A stretch of DNA of 64,000 nucleotides from Chrysomallon squamiferum (GCA_012295275.1 CM022671.1:31062001-31126000); one strand, 5' to 3'. Shown: positions 17,475 to 35,587, counted from the first letter of the stretch. A program made the numbers and translations. The notes: a model not told the origin generated them from the letters alone.

Positions 17475-18562
17475 TAAAATAATTTTATCATCTTCTGTCT
17501 CAAAACACGATCATTATGGTCTAGAGAGAAAGAGTGTTAAACTGGCGGTGATAATTGCTAAAATTATAAAAAGATATTTATTTATTTATTTATTTATTTT
17601 TAAAAATGAAAGAAAAATAGAAACTGGGAGAGAGCTTTACGAGTCAAATGTCAGATTACTCAATATAATTAAATCAATAAACTCTAAAAATGACGTACCG
17701 ATTAATTCATTTTTTTATTTTTATTTTTTAAAGAAACACGTTACACATATATGTGCATATAGCATGTTTGTCTATCTCTTTCACCGAGTGAAAACAGAAA
17801 AGCGATTTACCTGAAACGACAGGTATTTTAATTACAGCCAGTAGCTTCCCTGGAAGTAACATTCAGTCATCTGATTACATCAAACATCCCAGGAATCTCA
17901 TTAAAAAGACTCCAGTCTTTAACGTACTAGTAGTAAGAAAACTCGGCTGAACTAGCAGACGATTAAAGAATACACGTGGCTGTACGAATAAGTGGTCTAA
18001 AAGAATTCGTTTCGTATTCAAGTTATTGTTTTATCGTTTTGTTTGACCTATCGTGATTCGTAACAAAGATGATAGTGAATGCCGCCATTTTGCTCCTTTA
18101 CAACTAGATGATTCTGTAGTTTTTATAAATTGTACGTAATCATTTACAAGCTTTTTTTTTTTTTTTTTTCTGACGATACTAGAAGTAACTAGTACAAGTC
18201 GTATAGGATGATGTCATGACAAGATAAGTGTGATAGTCTTCTGTATTTTTTATTTTTTATTTTATTTTTTTATCTCTGCTCATTTGCTGTTAGACCTCGT
18301 TATTAGATTTGTTTCATAGAAAAAAGTAAATAAATATTTAAAATAAAATAATATAAACCAATGCAAGAGAGCATTTAATTAATTAATTAATAATAATAAT
18401 AATAATAATAATAAAAATGTATTAGTAGTAATAGCAGTATATATAAAAAAATAATAATAATAAAAATTAATAAATGACGAAGAAGAAAAACGTGAAATAG
18501 AATTAAATGACAAAGTACATATATAATAAAATATATAAATCCTTTGTTAAAAAAGTAAATAA

Positions 18563-18605
<43 letters not shown>

Positions 18606-19827
18606 TATAAATTATCTGCTGTAGATTGAAACAATATTACTACAATGCAAGGGAGATAATTATACAATTTTTATCACTGCTCGTAACTGCATGAAGATTA
18701 TACAGGTCCACATTCTTCTGTCCATTGCGTCATGCAAAACCCCCGAGTCGAGAAACCGGCCCATCCTCACTGGACCTAAAAGAGAAACTTTGGTTTGCAA
18801 TGATGTCACTTCAATGGACAGCAGATCTTCCGATGGAAAGAGGTCGTTGAGTCCAAGCAATATTTGGGAACACAGAAGAAAAAAAGAAGAAGAAGAAGAA
18901 AGAAAGAAAAAAGGAGAAGGAGGAAGAAAAAGAAGAAGAAATAAAAGAATAATCTCCCAATATCATTTTCGTGTTTCCTTTCTCCAGTGCTAACCAAGCT
19001 ATCTCTCTGTTTCAACATGTTGATAAATAAATAACATACAACATATATGTAATATCTGCTTTTATTTCTGGAAGTAATTGAAAATGTTAACAAACAAAAC
19101 AAATGGAATGTTAATAACTATTATTATTTTTATTATTAGTTTAATAATTAGTTTCTGTGAATTACTTTATTATAAAATTAACAGAAATTAATATATAATA
19201 AAAATTGGTAATTTAAAAAATCAGAAATTTTAAAACATTTTTAATAGAAAAAAAAAAAAAAAAAAAATGATAATAATTAAATAATAAATAATAAATATAA
19301 ATACTGGATTATCCATACAGCTATATTAATCAAAGAAATTTTTGTAAAAAAATCAGAAATAATAATATAAAAATAAGTAAAAGAAATATTCACAAAATAT
19401 GAAGTTTGAACAACATAAACCAAAATTACATTTATAATATATTGAAATAAATTCTCCATAACAATAACTTAAAATTAATTATATTAAAACAAAACATATC
19501 AAAAACAGCAAAATTAAATACTCAAACCTGTTAATTAATTTTTTATTTTTCAGTATCTGTCTTATAATAAATTTTGAAATAAACGTTAAACAAACAAAAA
19601 AACTTTATATTCTTTTCTTTTTTTTTTTTACTTGTTTTGCCTTTCTTTTTGTTCATAGTTAATTATTTTATTCTTCAATTCTTACTTAATTTATTTTGCA
19701 TATTTTTTTTTTTTTTGTTTCCCCCCACCCCTGCTATTTTGCTACAGTTCTTCTACTCATTTAGTTATTATTTGTATTTTCTAATTCTTCTACTTAATTA
19801 AACACATTTGTTAATTAACCCAAAGCT

Positions 19828-20037
19828 TTACTCCTGCACATTGACGGTGATGGTTTTGCCTTTGGGATCGTCGAAACGATCCATCGTACTTAGACCAGCG
19901 AGCATGTACATTCCGTAGAAGAGAATCAAAACAAACATGAACACGGGAAACAACCCCATCAGAATGGGGGTGGTGAAGAATCCATCACAATCCCACCCAG
20001 GTCCAAATCTATCCCCTTGAATGTCATATAATTGCAT
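19828..20037 (-). CDS. ATP6AP1: ATP6AP1 exon 9 (TM helix and cytosolic tail ...TMDRFDDPKGKTITVNVQE*)
   Basis: poly-T-acag| acceptor; stop TAA at 19830-19828; hallmark Ac45/VOA1 TM-domain sequence. Confidence 0.96.
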   Translation of the reverse strand: MQLYDIQGDRFGPGWDCDGFFTTPILMGLFPVFMFVLILFYGMYMLAGLSTMDRFDDPKGKTITVNVQE

Positions 20038-20038
20038 C

Positions 20039-20083
<45 letters not shown>

Positions 20084-20812
20084 AATAAATAAAAAAAAAA
20101 TTAATAAATAATGATGATGATGATGATGATGATGTTGACTATGATAATGATACCAATAATTAATTTAAATTAATTTCGTAAATAAAATATAAAAAAGATG
20201 GCATGAGTTAAAATTAAAAATTATTTTAAACAAAGAACATACTCATTATACTATGTATACTAAATACCATTTGGAATACATTAAAACACCACATCATTCA
20301 TTACTTATGATCCATATGGCATTTCAAAGACACTAGAACACAATACAATTAATTATTCATTGTGCTACTCGCATTAAATACCACTAAAAAAAACCTACCA
20401 AATTTTTTTTTAAATTAAATCTGGAGGACTTTGAAAAAAAAGAAAAGAAATCAAAACATTCATTAATGAATTATTCATTATCATTTACTACTACTACTCC
20501 TAATACTACTATCACTACTACTACTCTACTACTACTACTGCTAATAATAACAAATAAATAAATAAATGAAAAATAAAGACATACTTGAAATCCTGAAATT
20601 GTCATTTTCGCATATGTTGAGTTTTTTCTTCTTGGATTTAAAACAAACTTGGAGCAGTGATATGAAAATTTGGTCGGCAAAAACATGTACTTTTCTCGGA
20701 GGTCCATCATGACATTATTGACGATGTTCCCATTGGAATTGCTGACACTCACATTTATGCTATCCATGTTCCAGTGATAGCCCAGTTTTGTCCAGTTAAA
20801 CCTGTTTAATTA

Positions 20813-20846
<34 letters not shown>

Positions 20847-20856
20847 TTTTGTTTTA

Positions 20857-20891
<35 letters not shown>

Positions 20892-23835
20892 CGTTATAGT
20901 TGTTGTTGTTATTATTATTATTATTACTATTTATTTTTTTCTTTATTATTTTTATGATTGTTGATGATCATGGTTAGTTTCAATGTTACTTTTTTGATAT
21001 TTATTCAAAAATTTTAATAAGTGTATTAACACTATCAGTGATGTCACTGTTTCTGCTCTTTCCATTTTATATATTCACCTTACAATAACTATCAAAGTAC
21101 ACAACACAATCAACAGTAAACCATCACTGGGAACTGGGTGGAATGGGAAAAACCACTGATCCTGCAAAGTCTTTCTTTATCTACTTATGACCTGAGGAAG
21201 TCACAAATGTGACAAACCAGCTAAAAGAGAATTATTTGGAATGGGAAATTGCCCAATGAAAACATCAATGAGAACAGATCCAGCACAGAGTATTTCTTTA
21301 TGCCACCTTACAACAAACAGGAAAGCACAAACAGTGGACTGTCACAAGATGGCCTCTGAGAACGGATTTGGAATAGGAAATTACTCTATGGGGGGGGGGA
21401 AATTAGCTGGCTCTGATGCTTACTCTGAACCAAAGAGCTACAATCTATTCCTCTACAGAACCGCACCGTTTTTTTTTGTTTTTTTTTAAATACACCTTCA
21501 TCTTCATTATTATCTCAGCTTTAACAAAGCAGTCACTTTCACTGTGCGGAACTGGAAATCCAGTGAAACAGCACGCACCAGGCAAACACTACACTTGTGT
21601 GAATGTGTGCTACGATGTTACTTACGCCAGTAAGACTGAGTACTTTCCCCCTGCCTTGGCTGCTTCCACTGAGGGAAACTGTAACATGAATCTGAAATTA
21701 AAAATATCTGTCAACACTGAAACACTAAGAATGCACGTAACATTAAGATGTGTATTCGAAAATGCTAATGTGCAAATTCATATGACATAAATATTCAAAT
21801 AAGATTGATTACATATGTAAATTACAATATCAAGTAGCAAAAAAAAATTTAATAATAATAATTAATAATAAATAAATAAACAATGAAAGAAACAAAAGAA
21901 GAAAATTTAAAAAAAAAATCAGAAACAAACTTACAACATTGTGACATTCGTCAACTCCGTTACATTGTAGCTGTAGCTTCCTTTAGCCTTTGGCAACATC
22001 AGTGTTTTGCTGATCTTGCTGTCATTAAACTGCAGCTCGATGTCTTTTGAAAGGAAGTAAATCTCATTAGTGTGATTGACAAACAAATAGGTGTCATTGG
22101 TGCTGGCATTGTCAGCTTCAAGCAAATGGCGTCCTGGCTGACTGCTTTCAGTTTCAACTTCTCTCTGGAATTAAACATTGTAAATTAGCATTTTCATTAT
22201 ATGATATTAACCATTTGCAAATGAACATATTTTCATTATATGATATTAAGCATATTGTAAATGAACATATTTTTGTCATAAAATATTAAGCATATTGTAA
22301 ATGAACATATTTTCATTATGTGATATTAAACATTTTGTAAATCAACATATTTTCATTATATGCAAATTAAGCATATGTAATGTTAACATATTTTTATTTT
22401 ATGATAATTAAAAATGTGTACTATTAACATATTTTCATTATATGATATTAAACATATTGAAAATTAACACACTTTCATCACAGGATACCTCAACACATTT
22501 TAAAGTAACTTTTGTCATGAAGAAATAGTACAAATTTATTTTGCGTAATTCCTAAATATGCAAAATTGGCCTAAATATATTTTCTTATATCCAAGTATAT
22601 AATTTATCTAAATTTATTCATGGATAATTCCTAATAAATATATCAAAGTGATGAAAAATAAATAAAAAATTAGCATATCCAATACTTGGAAATACAAAGA
22701 ATTTTATCAGACCATTTATTCTATCTCCTCAGTGAGACTTTAATATTCAAAGTGAAATTTTTACACAGACAAAAAGTGTTAACAGTTTGCTTTCATGCAA
22801 ACAGAAATTACTGTTCTTTTCACAGACTGGGAATTAAAATTCAGTTGAAATGATAGTAGAAGCCTGAAAATGTATTACTGTGATTCAAAAGTAGTAATTT
22901 TCTACTGATTTTTGATACTTTTATTTGACAGGCACCCATTTCACAATGCACAACAAGTACAAGATCTAAATCCCTGGAAAATGCAGCTCATTTTAAAGTC
23001 ATGTTACTGAAGACTTTTTACCTGAATTCGCAACAGTGGCTAAACTATACTTGTTTGTTTTTCCTAGTGCAAATGCGTCACAGAATTCAGATTGCGTAAC
23101 AAATTGTTACTTCAATCACATCCACTTTTTTTTAATTTTTAAACGATGGAATTGAAATTGCGTAATTTTAATTGTAACTGCAATCACATCCGCACCTTTT
23201 TATTGTTTCCACCAATTCCATGGCGTTGCTATAAAAGAGCTGGCATTTCCTAAGTAAGCATGGAAGGAAAAGGTCAACACGAAAGCTCAGTCAGGAGGGG
23301 GAACCAATGTTTTTGAATGTCATTGTCTTTATGGACGAGTATGGTAAGCAGTTGTCTGTTCTTATTTTGATAGGGTGTAATGTGCAATTAACCTCTGTCA
23401 ATAACATTTATTATACATAAAATTTTAATGTTTTAATCTGTCCTCCATGCAGATTTTTATTGTGTCTTGGTTCCCTGTATGACCTTTCTCGTATCATTAA
23501 TGAAAATTACTTGAACGTATGTTTTATGATTGTATAATGTATTATTATCAAGTCACCTGCATATCATAATTAAACAATTAACGTTAACCTTAACTGGTGT
23601 TGTATTTATTTCTCTAGTGGATAGGTAGACTTATTGATTTATATCGACTGCTGTCAAGTTAGCGTTTATATTCCTTGTTAGGTGGCCATTAAAGCACCTT
23701 CTTACCCTAGGCTGAGCCTTAATAAAACATCCAAGATGTTTAAAGGTGTGAGCCCCTCTGTGACAAAATGTAAAACATGAATGATGTCACAGGAATGATG
23801 CTAAAGAAATTTTTGTTCAATTTGTAACTGTGTGG

Positions 23836-23866
<31 letters not shown>

Positions 23867-24640
23867 TTTTTTTTTCCATGCAAAATTATTTTAATTTTTC
23901 AGTATTATTTTAAGGCATTTCCATTCAGCGTGGCACAGTGATGAAAAGCTACTGTCCCTTACAGTTTTGGGTTTTGGAAATTACTGATAAACTTATTTTT
24001 TTTTAAAAACCCTAAAAAAAAAAAACCTGCATTCTCACCTTTGACCTCTTAGCTGTGTACATTGCAATGTACTTCACGGCTTGTTTTTCCATTTCTTTAA
24101 TCATCTGACCAATCAAATTATCTGTTACAAATTGAAGTATTAAACATTACTAGTATGTCACATCATAATTTTAGTAACTAATAGATTATACTGTACAATA
24201 TCAACAAAAATTTTAAAAGTTCAAAAGCATATAAGTAATAAAATGTTGTTTTTTAGTTAAAAGAATAATAAACAGGCTTTTCAAAAAAATAAATAAATAA
24301 ATAAATAAATTCAATCTAAAAAGAAAAGAAAAGAAATTATTTCGTAATAAAGTAAAATAGATTATTTCAAATGAAATACAAATTCTTACCATTAACTGCA
24401 AAGGCTTTCTCTTCATCTTCTGTTTGGGGCGAAGGAAGCATTACCAGGATAAGATGACTCTCATCCTTTTTCATCGAAAGTTTGGAGAGTTCAGAAGGGG
24501 AGGTCACCTCGTGAATTTTTCCATCAAAGTTCTTTTTTAAACTGTCAAGAACAGACAATGGAGAATGGACAGCAGGAAGATCTACAGAAAAATGTTCATC
24601 CATAAAACTCTGAAACAAACAAAACAAAGAAAAAATAAAA

Positions 24641-24676
<36 letters not shown>

Positions 24677-26087
24677 CTTATGACAAGTATATCTATAATA
24701 AAATACTCTTTTTTTCATAATTAAATTTATCATGTCCAAATTCTTCTTAAATTAATATATTACCCCAAATTATTTATTAGCTTCATTACAAGTATATTTA
24801 GTAAAACATTTATTACTTTTTCCCCCCCTTTTTGTTTTTAAATTTATAAATAATATGAAAATCATTTAATTTACTGAAAGTATTACATTATTTATAAAGT
24901 ATAGATACATTAATGGTACTAAATATGTATGTCATTAATAATTTTATCACAATCATTTAAAATGTTAATTTATTATAAGCAAAATAATTATTTAAAACTG
25001 GTAAAGGTAATCTACAATTTAAATTTATTATTAAAATTCATTATTAATAGCATTTTTACAAATTGTACATTTATTACTTTTATAACTTTTCATTCATTCC
25101 ACAGAAATATTTTACGTTACATAAATATAAAACAAAATGCATTATAAGTCAATTTGTCGGTGTATCTTTTTCTTTTATATTTCATTTCTTATAAAATAAA
25201 GTAAAGTAAAATAAAACAAAGAAAACAAAAACAAATTAGAAATAATTTCGTAAAAATATATAATATAAACATTCACAAAATATGAAGTCTGAAACAAATA
25301 AGTAAATAAATGCATGAATGAATGAAAAACCTTGATGTTTTTAAAGACACCTCCATCACTGAATGGATTGTACACATCAGCATGTTTGGTAAAATCTTCC
25401 AAATTGAGCTGAAAATAAAAAAATGCCTTTTTATAATTTAACTCTCTTAAGTCTTTATAACTATCTCACTTTAGATATCAGCATTTAAAAATTTGGCAAC
25501 CATCACAAAATTTTACAACTGCAAAATTCATATATCCTAAACAATCCTATTGTAATCCTCTTACTTATAGTGTCTCCAATTGTGGACAGACAATTAATAT
25601 GTAAATTAAAACAGTGATTTAATCTAATATAATTTATAACAGCTGGTATAAAAAAAAATAATAATAATAAAAATAAAAAAAGTTTGTAAATAGTTTGAAA
25701 AACATATGGCATCATGATAAATGTTAAATCTTAAAAATATTATTTCAGATTTTCTTTGGCTGTTGGTATTACAATCACTGGAATAAATGTAGGTAAACAA
25801 TTAACAATTAGCCATTTTCCATCTAATCCAGTCTAAAGCAAAGGATATAAATTTGGAAATTTTATATTTGAATTTCAAGGATAATTTATTCACTAACAGC
25901 AGGTATTATTATAGTGTGTGTATTGTTTAATACCTTATCTTGAATGAAAGCAATAAGACTGTGTCCAGGATCTGAAGTGAGAGGAGATAGATACTTCTGA
26001 TGAAATGTGTCACTGTCTATACTGTTACCTGCATATGCTGCTGGCAGATCACCAAGAGGCCTAAACAAATAAAAAATAAAAAAAAAA

Positions 26088-26140
<53 letters not shown>

Positions 26141-26549
26141 TAATAATAATAATAATAATAAATAATAATAATAATAATTAGAAGAAGAAATAAAAATAAC
26201 AATAATTATATATATTTAAATTAGTTATTAAAAATCAATAAATTTAATATGTAAACAAAGATATTATAAATATACTTCTTTTTAAAATGTAATTAATAAT
26301 TGAAATATTTAGAAGTTGATGTATTCACGTCACGTGACAACGGAGTAGTGAAGAAATTAAGAAAAATACATTTTTATTTTAAAAGGTTGGTGGGGTAGGA
26401 TCAAAATTAAACAAATGTTAGTTATTCTCAAAAGAATAAAAACAAGGTTACCGAGAAGGTGACCATAACAGAACCGGAACTTTGTCTGCAACTGAAACTG
26501 CATAAAACAGCGAAACAAAAGCAAAGGTGAAATAGAACATCTTCTCCAT
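19828..26549 (-). CDS. ATP6AP1: V-type proton ATPase subunit S1 / Ac45 (ATP6AP1 family), 9 coding exons, 442 aa
   Basis: Manual splice: complement(join(19828..20037,20585..20801,21626..21691,21935..22164,24039..24121,24390..24609,25331..25408,25934..26060,26452..26549)) = 1329 nt, open frame, all introns GT-AG. Signal peptide MEKMFYFTFAFVSLFYAVSVA followed by VPVLLWS; internal GRHLL; luminal FSYHCS; C-terminal WDCDGFFT-TM-TMDRFDDPKGKTI typical of the Ac45/VhaAC45 family. Confidence 0.95.
20585..20801 (-). CDS. ATP6AP1: ATP6AP1 exon 8 (FNWTKLGYHWNMDS...FSYHCS...ISGFQ)
   Basis: aacag| acceptor, CAA|gtatgt donor; 217 nt. Confidence 0.93.
21626..21691 (-). CDS. ATP6AP1: ATP6AP1 exon 7 (FMLQFPSVEAAKAGGKYSVLL)
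   Basis: tttcag| acceptor, GC|gtaagt donor; 66 nt, symmetric phase 2-2. Confidence 0.82.
21935..22164 (-). CDS. ATP6AP1: ATP6AP1 exon 6 (REVETESSQPGRHLLEADNAST...TNVTM)
   Basis: ttccag| acceptor, TT|gtaag donor; 230 nt; GRHLL and several N-x-S/T sequons. Confidence 0.9.
22188..22480. repeat. ~39-40-bp AT-rich minisatellite in ATP6AP1 intron 5
   Basis: catatttttcattatatgatattaagcatattgtaaatgaa-like units, ~7 copies. Confidence 0.85.
24039..24121 (-). CDS. ATP6AP1: ATP6AP1 exon 5 (DNLIGQMIKEMEKQAVKYIAMYTAKRSK)
   Basis: aacag| acceptor, AAG|gtgag donor; 83 nt; YxAxYTA motif; absent from the ORF track. Confidence 0.92.
24390..24609 (-). CDS. ATP6AP1: ATP6AP1 exon 4 (SFMDEHFSVDLPAV...KAFAVN)
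   Basis: tttcag| acceptor, G|gtaag donor; 220 nt. Confidence 0.92.
25331..25408 (-). CDS. ATP6AP1: ATP6AP1 exon 3 (LNLEDFTKHADVYNPFSDGGVFKNIK)
   Basis: ttttcag| acceptor, weak AAG|gttttt donor; 78 nt; QDK-L-x-x-EDF motif of the Ac45 N-terminal region. Confidence 0.9.
25934..26060 (-). CDS. ATP6AP1: ATP6AP1 exon 2 (PLGDLPAAYAGN...IAFIQDK)
   Basis: tttag| acceptor, AAG|gtatta donor; 127 nt, phase-consistent. Confidence 0.92.
26329..26338. promoter_or_regulatory. Perfect CLEAR motif GTCACGTGAC in ATP6AP1 intron 1
   Basis: Exact palindrome about 115 bp into intron 1 of a lysosomal V-ATPase gene. Confidence 0.6.
26452..26549 (-). CDS. ATP6AP1: ATP6AP1 coding exon 1 (signal peptide; MEKMFYFTFAFVSLFYAVSVADKVPVLLWSPS)
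   Basis: ATG in aaaATGG context at 26549; donor CG|gtaacc; 98 nt. Confidence 0.9.
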
Positions 26550-26565
26550 TTTGATTATTAGTAGT

Positions 26566-26580
26566 TCATGTGATCATGTG
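26566..26580. promoter_or_regulatory. Tandem M-boxes (TCATGTGA, TCATGTG) just 5' of the ATP6AP1 ATG
   Basis: tcatgtga 26566-26573 and tcatgtg 26574-26580; MiT/TFE-type sites. Confidence 0.6.
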
Positions 26581-27260
26581 TTCAACAAATATTTCCTTTT
26601 TGTTACGCTTGTCTGCGGAGAAACGGGACCATTAGTAAATGAAATAACGAGAAACGAAAAAATGGTCTGACTGTGATATAAATAAAACAATGCAGTTTAT
26701 AGGAAATCTAAGACTTTCCACTTTCTGTTTTGGTTGGCTATATGATGATGATGTACGAGGAAAACAAATATTATTTAATGTCACATCAGTATTTTTAAAA
26801 ATTAATAACCGATTATAAGTTTATCTCTTTTTTTCTTCTTTTTGAATTTTTCTCTCTTTTTTTTTGGACTGGAGGGGGGAGTTGGATTTTTTCCTATTAT
26901 GATCATACGAAGAAAATACAAAAACAAAACAGCAAAGCATCTTTCCGCGAATGCATGGCCAATATTCAGTTCAAAAACTGAAAAAACTGTAAAATGAATG
27001 ATTCATTAACACTAGTACAACTTTTATTGCTACAGTCGTTGTTGTCAGTGTTACTACCACTGCTGCAATATTATTGTATTATTATTGTTATTATTTTTAT
27101 TTTTAATTCGATTTAAACAAAAAAAACAAAAAATTAATTTAGGTTTTGCTGTTTATTTTTCCCACCGTGACGGTGCTATCTTATATTTCATAAGACCTCC
27201 CCGTCCCAATAAAAAATATTGGTTAGAACCAGTCGAACATCAATTTATATCCCGTTTGCT

Positions 27261-27282
27261 TCTCGCGAGATCTTTCTTTTTC
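27261..27282 (+). promoter_or_regulatory. TCTCGCGAGA (CGCG element) followed by TCT initiator / 5'TOP tract of RPS23
   Basis: tctcgcgaga 27261-27270, then tctttctttttc 27271-27282, ending 16 nt before the ATG. Confidence 0.8.
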
Positions 27283-27298
27283 ACTTATATCGGCCAAC

Positions 27299-32946
<5,648 letters not shown>

Positions 32947-32961
32947 TGTGCTGACTTCTTC

Positions 32962-32974
32962 ATTAAAGATTAAA
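32962..32974 (+). terminator. RPS23 polyadenylation signals (two ATTAAA)
   Basis: ATTAAA at 32962-32967 and 32969-32974, just after the stop codon; short 3'UTR typical of ribosomal protein mRNAs. Confidence 0.6.
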
Positions 32975-34486
32975 ACAGTAAAAATTCTCCGTTTTCATAC
33001 CGCTGATTAGTGTATTTTTAAAGAAAATCGGATAAAAGAAACAAAAGAAAATGAAAAAAGAAAGAAAAGAAAAAAGAGCAACAAATAATAACAAATAATA
33101 AGAACCCTACAGAAAACCCCCCCCAAACAAAACCCAACCATCACCACCAAAAAAACAAAAGAAAATATATATAAACTATAAAATTAAGAAGGAAAATGTA
33201 CATTCGAAATAAAAATTATTTACGAAAACAGTAGCACAAAACAAATCAAAATAAAATAAAAACAGCACAATTGTTTAACTGGAATAACAGAACAGCAAAT
33301 AAATAAAACAAAAAATTCCACACAGATCATGAGACTTAATCATGGTTTTACATAAATAAATAAAAATATATCTATCTAGATTTCGCGGGGATTACTTTAA
33401 TCAATATCAACATCAGGATAAAAACTCCAACTTGCTGAATTCAGGAAAAAGAATAAAATAAAAATCGAGAGGAAAATAAATAAATAAATAAATAAATATA
33501 TGAAAATATTATATTTAAAACAATTTTTTTATTATTTTTTTTTTTTATAAAGCTTGATGGAAGTTTTTTTTTATTATTAAGTAACATTAAGTAACATTTT
33601 CAGAGATTGTGTTATCTTGGAGAAAGAAAAAAAAATCACTAATGTGCAAGTCTTGACTACTCTCTCAGAATGTGTGTATTTTTTATTTATATTTTTCTAA
33701 CTTCAGAGGAAATCGATGATAATGAGGACACAGAATAGTTAAAAATATTAATAATCTTGCTGATGTTCCCTTTCCTTTTCAACATTGGTTTTATAAAAAT
33801 TTGTTATAAATGATAAGTTAGGTATGAATGTGTTAGTAGAGCTGCACACAAACCATATGCAGATTAAATAAACCATGGATACAGAATCTATGATGCAAGC
33901 AGGTTTAACAGCTTTAAAATATTTATGGAAATGTGAAAATAAGATTTTATTACTATTATTGGGATTTTTTTAAAAAAAATTAAATTTTTTTTTTTTTTTT
34001 TATTTAACTGAATTTTGTTTTCTTTCCATTATTATTTTCACTTAAATTATTAAATTCATTTTGTGAAAAAAAACAGCACTTGTAATTCAGTTGGTGTTAT
34101 TATTAGTACATCCATCATCAACTTGTTTTGGAACTGAACCCAGGAATGCTGGGTATTCTAAAAAAAAAAAAAAAACAAACAACAATTCTACTTGCCTGAA
34201 AATGTCTAGGCTGCATTTTTACAAATTTCAATTACCATCGAAACAGATTCACCTCAACTACATTCATCATCATTACCATTGTCATCAAATGGCTAGCTAA
34301 AACCAGGGAACTGATAAAAAAATAATAATAAATTTGTGTAAATGTGCTGGAGAATAAGTCTAGTAATGATTTGATTTTCTTTAATAAAAGAAAAATCTGA
34401 ACACTGTAAAAACTGAATGCATGTTGTAGCTACTTCCCCTCACTGGTTTATCATAGCAGCTGAGTAAATGAATATACAGGACACCA

Positions 34487-34535
<49 letters not shown>

Positions 34536-35522
34536 TTTTTTTTTTTTTTACTGTGCTGCTTTATTTCACAAATGAGTCTTTCGTCTGGCTAGCTGTGTTA
34601 ACATTTAATTTACATGACTGTCAAAAGGATCATAACACAGAGAAAAACATTGCCCAAGTTTATTTTCACTTCTGCACTGACTACAGTGTCACAACTCCAG
34701 TTTAATCTCCTGTTTAAACAGCACCACACTAACACACTAGTTTTAATTAAAATCACATATGAAACTAGTTACATATCAGAGACCAGAGCAGAAAGTAATA
34801 ACAATAATAATAATAAAGGAATAAAGGAGTAAAATAATAACAATAATAATAATAAATTAATAAATGAGTAAAAATAATAATAATAATAATAAATTAATAA
34901 ATGAGTAATGATGATGATGGTGGTGATGACATTAAATGGACAAGCAGCTGTTGAACGTTTACAGCGTCATAATTTCTCTCTTCGCGTTGTCAATTTTTTA
35001 TTTTTTTTTTCATTCCAAATTTAACTGCTGCTAATTTGTTGTGACGCATGTAACATATACTGCGAATTCGTTTTTTCAGAAGTGAATGCCCTACTAAAAT
35101 AAAAAATATCAGGATGAAGTTTAGAGAAATGGAGGCAAAATAGGCAAACAGTAAATATTTTAATAAAAGAAAAATGTTTTCTTCTTCTTTTTTTTTTATC
35201 ATTTTGAGATTGTTGATAAGAAACTTTAATGTAGAGACTGTTTTATCTATTGTGTAATTATTGTTATAATTGCATTTAAAAGTGAAATGAATTATTCGAA
35301 TTCACGAAAAGAATCTAAATTGTAAGCCATGTTTAAAACATTTTCCAGCGAACGTCACGCAGCAAACTGGGATGGCTTGTGGAATCTGCTGACGTATGAA
35401 TTTCTAGATATGATGCATACAATGTCCAAAGTCACTTCTTTCGAATCTATAGATGCAGATACAGATATATGAATACAGATATTCTGATAAAACAGTACTT
35501 AAGAAATAAGCAATAAACGTTA

Positions 35523-35587
<65 letters not shown>

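Larger units (their letters stand above)
26550..27298. promoter_or_regulatory. Bidirectional promoter region between ATP6AP1 and RPS23
   Basis: Divergent ATGs at 26549 (-) and 27299 (+); locally CpG-richer than the flanking gene bodies. Confidence 0.8.

Noticed and set aside
18694-18860. U3 snoRNA or SECIS identity for the structured island
   Set aside because: Only AAGATTATAC resembles the U3 5' end and boxes B/C/D are missing; SECIS quartet and helix spacing do not fit.
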